NCBI GenBank assembly: GCA_951406725.2
Contig: OX597814.1
Location: forward strand, 155,744,001 to 155,808,000
Direction: 5' to 3'
Source of the DNA: Octopus vulgaris
Lineage: Eukaryota
Length of the DNA: 64,000 bases
Both the position numbers and the translations under genes were made by a program. Shown here in pieces: positions 53,964-64,000 of this stretch (its first letter is position 1; every line of letters starts with the position of its first letter). The notes below the pieces were generated by a model. It searched no databases. It had not been told where the DNA came from and saw nothing but the letters and a program-made list of their open reading frames with translations.

Positions 53964-53997
<34 letters not shown>

Positions 53998-54192
53998 TAT
54001 ATTTGTGTGTGTATATGTTTGTCTGTCTTTGTCCTCCAGCACCGCTTGGCAACCGATGCTGGTGTGTTTGCAATATAAGTGAACGATAGAATAAGTACGA
54101 GGCTTCCAAACAATAAGTCCTGGGTCGATTTCTCGACTAGAGGCGGTGCTCCAGCATGGTGGCAGTCAAATGACTGAAACAAGTAAAAGAGT
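53728..54192 (+). mobile_element. SINE family A, full length (tRNA-like head, CORE-like domain, internal microsatellite)
   Basis: ggtgcaggagtggctgtgtggtaagtagcttg..ccgggttcagac..caccttgggcaagtgtcttctac..gtaaaagagtaaagag tail. Confidence 0.9.
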
Positions 54193-54939
54193 AAAGAGAG
54201 TAATGAGATAAGACTTACATTTTGGTCCAGAAATTGTTGACACTTCACTTGCAGTGTCACTGGAAAAGGGATGATAAACTGATTTTGAGTTCCTCTTTTC
54301 AGACTTGCTTTAAATCAGAGGATCTCAAATGATGCCCATAAGACACTTGGGGATCTCTATGAGATTATGTTTTTTTAAATTTATGTACAATAAAAAGCTT
54401 ATACTTCTACAAAACACAAAACGTTTTAATTTTAAATTACAATTCCAAATAATATTTCACAATAAAGATTCAGTAGGACGCTTTTATATACATTCGAATG
54501 GCTATGGCGGCCCTGTAGGGTAAAATAGAAATCAAAGAGTTCCATAGACAAAGCATTGTTGAAACTCACTGCTCTGAATTTTTCTTTAGTAATTCGTTTT
54601 GCACGCTGTATTCTATTTTCTATAAGTAGGGGAGGATAAATTTGTTTGGTAAAAATTCCTTTATGTATACTGTAGTCTAGAAATGCACGTCAGAAAAAAA
54701 ACACAAGTACACGTATATGTGTTAATATTGTATGCATATTAATTTGTTATGCATTGCATTATAATACACCCAATTCAGCTGACATTACAAATCGGTGTGT
54801 ACATCAGTTTGTCAAAAGTAATTTTGGCTTTCATCAGATTGCGTGTTAGGAAAAGATGCCAGCACCGTACTTTTCCTTCCAACAGATCTAATGACTTCCG
54901 AGATTGGTTTTCCAAACTCTCGTGAACTAATACTTTAAG

Positions 54940-55068
<129 letters not shown>

Positions 55069-55821
55069 GTGCATGTGCGTGTATGTGTGTGTGTGTGTGT
55101 GCATACAGGCATATACGTATTCAATTAACACAAGCGCTTATACGCATATATATATATATATATATATACGTTAACTGTATTCTTATTTACACATATATGT
55201 ACGTGCATGTATGTTTGTATCAAACTGTAAAGAACGAATTTAAACAGGCACATACATTCATATGTATACATACACACTCGCACATACGCACTCACACTCA
55301 TATCTATATAAGTACTGTCTGGGAAATTTCTCATTCTGTGGGCATTTTCGTTTTCTTTTCTGAGGAAGTGCCATGCTTGAAGTGTTAAAAATCTACTCTA
55401 CTTTCGCCCTTTTCTGAGCATTAAACTAATACATTCCATATGGCCGTCTTCTTGTTGTTCTGTTATTGTTATTTTTAATGTCTGATTGTTTGTTCAAGAT
55501 TTAGTATTCGATTTGACTACACTCTCTCTCACACACACTCACACACACACACACACGCACACACGCACACATACATATATAGCATGCTGAGAAATATCAC
55601 GAACTTAGAAAGAGTTATATCATTTTACTTATGCGGCGGTTGTTGCTTAAATGTCGGGGACATCGTAAATAACTAGGAAGCGTCTTTAAAATATTTGTTC
55701 ACGACATACAAGCAAAACCACTGTAATTTGCATTGATGCAACATAACACTTCTTAATTTCAGAGGAGCATCTTTTGTCTCCGTTTATGCGCATTTATATG
55801 TGTACGGTACCGTGTGTGCTC

Positions 55822-55869
<48 letters not shown>

Positions 55870-55961
55870 GTATATAGATTTGTATATACATTTGAATATA
55901 TATATATATATATATATATATTCAAATGTATATACATATACACATATATACATATACATCC

Positions 55962-56029
<68 letters not shown>

Positions 56030-58648
56030 TATATTTACATATTATATCTTACATACATACGTAGATACACTGATATACAATATTAAACATATGCTATGCC
56101 ACATAATATTTTAGTATTTAACATTAGTTTTGAAAAACATCAGATGTTATCTGGAAAAAATATCACCTGGGATTCTGTCATTTCACATTCAATCGAGTTT
56201 TTGTCTTTTTTTAAATAATCCCATTAGCAATTATGATCTACTGAAATTTTTCGTAAATTTAAAATATGTGTTTTACCAGCCTCCTGTATAAGTTATATGT
56301 AATCTATTCCTCTTCCATACGTTTAATTCAGTGTTGTCATTATATTCCAGATTTGATCTTAATTGAAAGTCTTTTGCAGATAATTTTCAACTTATAGTAC
56401 ACACGACACACGAGAAAGTATTTAACACAATTTGTATTTCCATTTCCATTTTCTAGTATCTAGTTATACGATTAAGCAATCAAATTTCATCCTATCCTAA
56501 TTTAGGCTAACCTATTTGCATTTTATAATTTACGTTCTCATTTTCCTCGCGTTACCTTATTTTCTGGATATTTGCTATTCGCCATTTAATCATGGGGCAT
56601 TACTACACAAATTTTTTAACTGCATGAAATAACTTTTTAATTACTTTATTTGCATTTAGAAACTATTTTAACGACATTCTCCGAGGATATAAATACCTCC
56701 TATATCATTTAGAGTGATTATTGATCGAATAACCAAAATGTAATATCAGTATGATAAACGATCAGAATTGCTAATGACTATAATAATTAACGGAATATAT
56801 TACGTTTACTGTTATTCTGTAACTGTAAATGCATTTACTCCGTAAAATTAGTAAATTGACTCGCACCAATGAAAAAGGATCTACATAGTTATTCGATTTG
56901 CCAGTGAAATCGCCAAGAAAATCACTCTCTTAAGCTGTCATGATTGGTGCATAAATGAAACTAAATAGCGTTTGAACTGAGAGATCCATAGAAGTGATTA
57001 GTTGAATGAAAGTTCTATATGAAATTCTACAAAATAAAGTGAGAAATTATGTACATGCAGTGTATTGTGATTTAAAAGAAATGTTTATAAGTTTCTAATG
57101 TCTTCAATTGTATAAAGCAGAAACCATAAATATGATATGCGTGACATTATTCTTGTTGTTTAGCCAAAGTATTTTGCAGTTCTCAAAATTCACTTTATCT
57201 AGCTCGCGTACAAGTATGTTACCTTTGGTGAAGAGGCAAATATAGGAGATGAAAATCAAAAGTTAAAGATTTAATATTTCCTCAGCTTATACTTTATTAC
57301 GAAGAAATATGATGTAATATGGCTGCACAGTAAAAAGCAAGTACTGCAAAAATAGAAAAGTATAGAAAATAATGTATTTATATTGTTAACATATTTTCAA
57401 GAGATATTAAAACTCTTAAGTACGATATGAGCATTTTCAACATGGAATGAAAGTAATCTGGTCATAGAGATCTTAGCTTAAATTTTCATATTAAGTAAAT
57501 CTTTAATTTGCATTGAGCGGCAGTTGCGCATTGATACATGATTTTTTCCACATTTTATAAAGAAAATAAAATAATAGCTGAAAGTATTCAGGAAATAGTC
57601 ATACTTTGCTCATACAGACATCTGGAAGTGTCAGTTATAGGTTGATAATCACAAAAAGCTATGTCATTTTCAGACAATTACTAAACGCTTAATTCGATAT
57701 AATAGAAATCAAAAACAGGTGTGCTTTAAATATTTGTTCGTCCTTTGCCGGAATTTAAGAAAATTTCATTTCTTTGTGCATTCGAATAATACTTTAAACC
57801 CAAATCGTTCGAGTTCGCAGCCAGTTTTGGCTAATTTTAATTAATAAAAAATAGAGAAAAATACATAACATTAAGTATAATTCAAATGTTTCTATAAATT
57901 AATAACAAAAAAAAAGATTTCTGCATTTTTATTAACGTGCACAGATTTAATGGAAAGCGGTATTTACAAGAAATCTATTCGCTAAGAATTTAAAATGGTA
58001 TAGGATAACGCATACAACTGCTTCAATAAGATCCCTTGTTGTAAAGTTACTATTTAATCTATACTTTTATGAAGACTGTTTGTCGTGAATACTGCTATAA
58101 CCTTTTCAAAGTTCCTGTTACTTACCAGTACTATTGTTTCAACACAGCGAAGAACAAATCGAATAATCGCCTACAATGTATTTAAAATCAGAAAAAAAGA
58201 AACAGTGTTAGATATTCATTTTTTTTTTAATAAATAGATAACCATTTTGTCAATCCGCTTCATTAAGAAGAGTAGTAACACTCAGAAGTTAATCAAACGT
58301 GAATATGTAAATTTAAATATTTAAAAAAATGCTGGTTATAATAAACATAACGTTAGTATTACAATTTTCTTATGTGTTTATTATGGTGTGCATTGGGAAA
58401 GTCACAGTGCTATGAAACTCACACTGGTCGTAGTGTTAATCGGTCTCTTTCTTCCTCTATGTTTGTATGTGTGTGTATGTATATCTATATATTTGAATAA
58501 AAGAAGGTTAAAAATATCCCTTGCCAAAGATGAAAGCGAAAGCTTAAAAAAACTTGTAATCCTACGAAAAATACTCACACGAGCAAAACAGTGAACACGT
58601 TAAAGAATAGGCTTGCCTTCAGGATGGAATTGGAAGATAATTTACATA

Positions 58649-58711
58649 CCCCAATATCAACTGATTTCACGCTGTGCATGAGAAAACATGCTTTGCAATC
58701 ATCAGTTGGAG
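58649..58711 (-). ncRNA. Type I hammerhead ribozyme, canonical core
   Basis: Minus strand CTCCAA-CTGATGA-tTGCaaaGCATG ttttct CATGCacaGCGt-GAAA-TCAgtTGA-TA-TTGGGG. A plus-strand paralog at 59266-59323 lacks the 5' strand of stem I. Confidence 0.8.
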
Positions 58712-58933
58712 ACATCAACATCTATTTCCAAAATATTTACTGCGTCAACTCGCGTACATTTCAAACTTAAAACGTCCCGCTCTGGTTAAAGAGAAAACTA
58801 TCGTAAACAATAAAAAAGCAACTATATGAAAGCATTATTACTGTTAAAAACAGCAATGATGAAGCGGTTAGCAAGGCTTCTATCTTAAGCGGTGTAATAT
58901 GAAATATTTGAATAAAAGAAGGGTAAAAATACC

Positions 58934-59167
58934 TATTTCTTTACTACCCACAAGGGGCTAAACACAGAGAGGACAAACAAGGAAAGACAAAGGGATTAAG
59001 TCGATTATATCGACCCCAGTGCGTAACTGGTACTTAATTTATCGACCCCGAAAGGATGAAAGGCAAAGTCGACCTCGGCGGAATTTGAACTTAGAACGTA
59101 GCGGCAGAAGAAATACTGCTGAGCATTTCGCCCGGCGTGCTAACGTTTCTGCCAGTTCACCACCTTT
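58934..59167 (-). mobile_element. Full-length SINE family B with 17-bp TSD
   Basis: TSD agaagggtaaaaatacc at 58917-58933 and 59168-59184. Confidence 0.92.
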
Positions 59168-59734
59168 AGAAGGGTAAAAATACCGCATGCCAAAGATGAA
59201 AGCAAAAGCTTTAAAAAAAAACACCAATCCTACGATAAGTACACTCACAAGCAACGCAATGAACACTGAAGATTGCAAATCATGTTTTTCTCATGCACAG
59301 CATGAAATCAGTTGATATTGGTGTATGTAAACTATCTTCAAATTCCGTCCTGAAGGTAGGCCTATTTTTTGAAATATTCATTGCGTTGCTTATGTGTGTA
59401 TTTATCGTAGGGTGGGTTTTTTTTTAAAGCTTTCGCTTTCATCTTTGACAAGTAGTATGTTTACCCTTCTTTTATTCAAATATTTAATATTATACCTATT
59501 GAGGTAGAAGTCTTGCTAACCACCTCATTATTACTGTTTTTTACTGTAATATTGATTTCATATAGTTGCTTATATATATGTATATATATGCACATACCTT
59601 TTTATCTATCTATCGGTCCCTTCGTTTCATTTGTCGTCCTATACAATTGTGTGTGTGTATAGGACGATAAATTAAACCAATATATATACATGCATACATA
59701 CATATAAATATATACATACACATACACACACATA

Positions 59735-60120
59735 GAGTGGCTATGTGGTAAGTAGCTTGCTTACAAACCACATGATTCCGGGTTCAGTCCTACTGCGTGG
59801 CACCTTGGGCAAGTGTCTTCCACTATAGCCTTGGGCTGACCAAAGCCTTGTGAGTGGATTTGGTTGACGGAAACTGAAAGAAGCCCGGGTCGAATATACG
59901 TATGTGTGTGTATATGTTTGTGTGTCTATGTTTGTCCCCCCAACATCGCTTGACAACCGATGCTGGTGCGTGTATTTACGTCCCTGTAACTTAGCAGTTC
60001 GGAAAAAGACACCTATGAAATAAGTACTAGGCTTACAAAGAATAAATCCTGGGGTCGATTTGCTCGACTAAAGGCGGTGCTCCAGCATGGCCACGTTCAA
60101 ATGCCTGAAACAAATAAAAG
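59735..60120 (+). mobile_element. SINE family A, near full length
   Basis: gagtggctatgtggtaagtagcttgc..ccgggttcagtcc..ggcggtgctccagcatggcc. Followed by (GATA)n. Confidence 0.9.
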
Positions 60121-60176
<56 letters not shown>

Positions 60177-60959
60177 GGATGGATGGATAGATAGAGAAAA
60201 ACGTAGGTGTATACTCTCCACCTCTGTAATATAATCATATGAAGTACACTTGATATCACCAAAAGCTAATTACTAGACAAGGTAAATATTCCTCTCGCGA
60301 TAAAAATTGCAATACAGGCAACAAACTCTATTATCCTTTGTAACATTAAACTATCTAATATATTCATATTCTTGGTAAAATATTTGGCTCACTGTCATGT
60401 AAATATTTGATCAATGCATTAGAAAGGATTTCGAAGATATTTTATTATTTCTTTCTTTAAAGATGTTTTATTGGTAGCTCAAATATTTATAGATGTTGAT
60501 TATGTAGAGATTTCATTCTATAATCCAAACACTGAGTTTTTCACATTGGTCGATATTGGCTGACATGTGTCGGCTTAGTAGCATAATCGTAAAATGTAGA
60601 AAGTTGGCAGCGATGTATAATGACTTGTAAGAAAAAAATATAGTATGCTGTTGAATTTTGTTAGTCTTTTTATTATTTTTGTCGTAACAAATTTCTTGGA
60701 CAATTTCAATCCATTAATTATCAGATTTATTCTTAAGTTATATACCACTAATCTTCCTGGTATCCTACCTTAATAATTTAAAGTAGTTAATCTTTTTAAC
60801 AGGATGTATGCACAAGCAAACCATTCATATAATTAAATTCTTTGGATTAGGTACATGCTAATCTTGTTTGGGAATGATGTGCTGTTCCTAATAATATCAA
60901 TTATGTTCTATCTGCTTTTCCCCTCGCTATCTGAAAGAAAATACTCTCTCTCTCTCTCA

Positions 60960-60999
<40 letters not shown>

Positions 61000-61123
61000 A
61001 ACACACACGAGTCCAGTTGGCAACGGTGTGTACGCTCATATGTTTTGGATGCGGGTAGGACTAAGATGTGTGTGTGGCGACGGGTGAGAAAACAAGAAGG
61101 GAGTGTAGTGAGGTAGATGTGTG

Positions 61124-61276
61124 CAGTTTCCGCCGGGGTCGGCTTTGCCTTTCATCCTTTCGGGGTCGATTAAATAAGTACCAGTTACGCACTGGGGTCT
61201 ATATAATCGACTTAATCCGTTTGTCTGTCCTTGTTTGTCCTCTCTCTGTTTATCCCATTGCGAGTAGTAAAGAAAT
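61124..61276 (+). mobile_element. 5'-truncated SINE family B with 13-bp TSD
   Basis: TSD aggtagatgtgtg at 61111-61123 and 61277-61289. Confidence 0.85.
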
Positions 61277-61299
61277 AGGTAGATGTGTGAAGTAGTGTA

Positions 61300-62640
61300 G
61301 CTGCGAGCGAGAGGGCAGATGAGAAAGTGAAAGTCAGATGAAGTGATGGTAGGAATTTAAACTGAATGGGGTGATACAGGTTTGGAGGACAAGACAAGCT
61401 TCAGATAGATGTCTGTCGAGTGAAGTAGATGGAAAAGTGAAAATGTCGTGCAACAACTCACCAGTTTCTGAGTCGAATGTGTCAAAGTGGTCCGTGATTC
61501 TATTGGAGAGTCAGCGACCTGTTTGCTTCATGTGGGATATATCGCAGATGGAAAACATACGCGCAGCTCGTAGACACGATTAAAAGAGGTATAACTGAAA
61601 GACGTTCTAACGTGGAAGTTACAATATTGGGGGTTTGAGGAAAGTTATGGCTTAGAAAGGTAAGCGCAAAAGCAAAGGCGAAAATATGTGCTGGAAACGA
61701 GAGACACGGGGCGGGGGGTTATTCTTTACTTGATGGAAAAAGAGAATGAATGAATGGAAGATGTTAGAGAGGAAAAATGCAAAATGGTAGTGTTGGACTG
61801 GAGGCGATAGAGAAGATGAAGCATAGCTTGATAGAGAGGGTGTAGAACATCTTTCTAGAGATAGTGTTTGGTTGGCGGTCGGACTTGAGTATTAAAGCGT
61901 GAGGTCGATAAGACAAAAGTTTGGAAAGACAGCATGGATAATTGTGAAAGGATAATTATGGTCTATAAAAGGAATATTTTGCATAAAGCTTGAATTTTAA
62001 AATCTAAGTTGTGGCTACAATGATTGTGGTGATAGAGGGTTTGGAAGTCCCCTACTTCCAAACCCAGTGAGTTTTGAGTGGTTGTGATGGGAGAAAAGAA
62101 AACCATGACATGAATAGGAATCAGTAGATTAGAGAAAATGGATTCGGTGGGGGTAATTTGGAGTAGTCAGAGTTAACAAGAAGATGAGAGAAATCGAACA
62201 ATATTGGCTATGGAGAGGGATTATTGCTATTCACTGGTTAGACATATGGTGCCGCAATGATTGTCTTCGTTGGGACAGTATAGGTTAAGGGTGAGACCAG
62301 TCAACAGAGGAATGATTTGGTACTCATCGTTCCCAGCGAATAGATTAGAGTAGTTCATGTTTATGTCCCTGGTCGACCCTCAATCTCACGGAGGAAGTGA
62401 AACAATGCAGAGGAAGATCGAGTTCAGCCGCGTATGTTGAGGTATTACAATAATGTGTGAGAATCAGACCGAGGAAAGGACGCAGAGGGCGGAGGACATT
62501 GTCAAAATGGATGTCGGTATACGTAGAAGTGAAACCCAATAGGAAAAAGATTGGAGGGGCCCTGAAAAACAAGAAGCTTGGATATAGGAACTGCTTCTAT
62601 TAGTGTGAGGGGAATATCATTGCGGCAGAGATGAGCTGAA
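61300..62640 (-). mobile_element. Old, highly decayed Penelope-like element
   Basis: Minus-strand FDNVLRPL..DSHTLL (RT start), CDISHMKQTGR*LSNRITDH (GIY-YIG YIGQTGR-like), RHLSEACLV..TPFSLN (C-terminus). Confidence 0.55.
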
Positions 62641-62858
62641 GGGAAGAGATGTTATTTACAAATCCTGCGGCACGCTTCTTCACCTATTTTGTTTCTGAAC
62701 TACCTTTACTAGTAATATAAACTAAATCAACGACAAAAACAGAAACAAGCCACATAGATGATAGTGATTAGAAACATTAATATGATTTTCCTAAATTATA
62801 ACGACATTGTTCTCAACACAGTTTCAGGTTTCAGATCGAAATCTTTATTGCAAAGAAA

Positions 62859-62910
<52 letters not shown>

Positions 62911-62937
62911 TCACACACACACACACACACTCACTCA

Positions 62938-62979
<42 letters not shown>

Positions 62980-63817
62980 TACACATACACTCACACGCAC
63001 GTGTATGTATATGTATGTTTGTCACGGAAATTTTGATGTAACTGCGATGTACATAGGTATGTATTCTTATGTATGTTTCTACATATTGCATATTTCACTA
63101 TCTTGCCGATATGCATGAGGTACGATGATTTAAATGCAAAAGAGTGATAATCAATATATTTTCTATATATCCTTCCATTTCAAGAGTTGATACAGTTTGA
63201 TAAATTACTCAATAATCAGTTTGGTCAGGAAAAAACTATCTTAAATTTAGGCGAAATGCTTTCAATAATAAACTAGAATTGTAAATACAAAATGCAGCGA
63301 TAAGTTTTTGAATTGAAAGATTCATCTCATATTAATATCAAAGAAATACACGAAGCCAAAACAGTCATTTCTATTTGAATTTCAATAGAGACAGTTAAAT
63401 GCTATATGTGGTTTCCAGTTGGAAAACATGGCTGCGCACTGACACGTTAGTTATCCTTATAAACAGCATAACAAATGTATTAACGTGTATCTCATTAACT
63501 TCTTGCTTCGAGTTCATTTCTATTAGCATGCAATTGAATATGCAAGATATTCTATTCGATTAACTGAGACGATGGCAATATGATATCATCGGTAATTAGA
63601 TGTTGTACTCTATTTCAGTAGTTGATACGATTGGCAGCCGGACTCCAAGGGAATAACGACAATGCCCGGAGTCTCGTTATGATCACGTTACCATCAGATT
63701 ATAGTCAAGCGACAATTTAAGCTCGTTTCAACATACAAATACAAAAAACATGACAAATTTTATCTATACTCTGAGACATATACGAATAAATACTAACACA
63801 CATATTTTGCACACACG

Positions 63818-63849
<32 letters not shown>

Positions 63850-64000
63850 CATGTGCTTACCTACATACTTACATCCGCTCACTCGCTTACTCTTTCTCTT
63901 GTTCTCTCTCTGTATACATGTGTGTGTATGTGTGTGTGTGTGTGAGTGCATGCGTGCATGTGTGTCTGTGTACATATATACATACATACATACATACATA

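Larger units (their letters stand above)
58491..59570. mobile_element. Non-coding HHR-bearing repeat: tandem units (period 415 bp) plus an inverted unit
   Basis: atttgaataaaagaagg occurs at 58491 and 58906. 59266-59570 is an inverted copy of the same unit. TA-rich flanks. Confidence 0.8.

Noticed and set aside
54888-54935. CTAATGA-hairpin-GAAC motif before (TA)n
   Set aside because: Good hairpin, but two core changes and no stem I. It may be a dead HHR but cannot be supported.
59349-59385. Second HHR-like CTGAAGG...GAAA in the 415-bp unit
   Set aside because: A9 is missing and GAAA is not conserved in the paralogous unit.

Overview
AT-rich, repeat-dominated eukaryotic DNA with no host protein-coding gene I can support. 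It is probably intronic or intergenic. The SINE families and the dense (TA)n/(CA)n/(ATT)n arrays look like an octopus (coleoid cephalopod) genome; this is recognition from memory, not a database result. Almost all listed ORFs are microsatellite read-throughs. The real content is transposon-derived: two tRNA-type SINE families (about 20 copies), Penelope-like elements (PLEs, one with an uninterrupted RT-thumb + GIY-YIG frame), R4/Dong RLE-LINE fragments in (TAA)n arrays, RTE fragments, decayed mariner, DD37D, Tc1, hAT and m44-like DNA transposons, and a head-to-tail Helitron dimer. The most interesting layer is non-coding RNA structure read by eye. There are about 8-10 minimal type I hammerhead ribozyme (HHR) motifs, most in elements abutting (TA)n, and several carry a compensatory U3-A8 core (TTGANAA) instead of C3-G8. 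They include a ~2 kb non-coding palindrome with outward-facing HHRs and a ~415-bp-period retrozyme-like array. A short RTE-like element also carries a compact, possibly pseudoknotted 5' RNA fold that could be an uncharacterised ribozyme. All folds were paired manually and none has been computed or tested.
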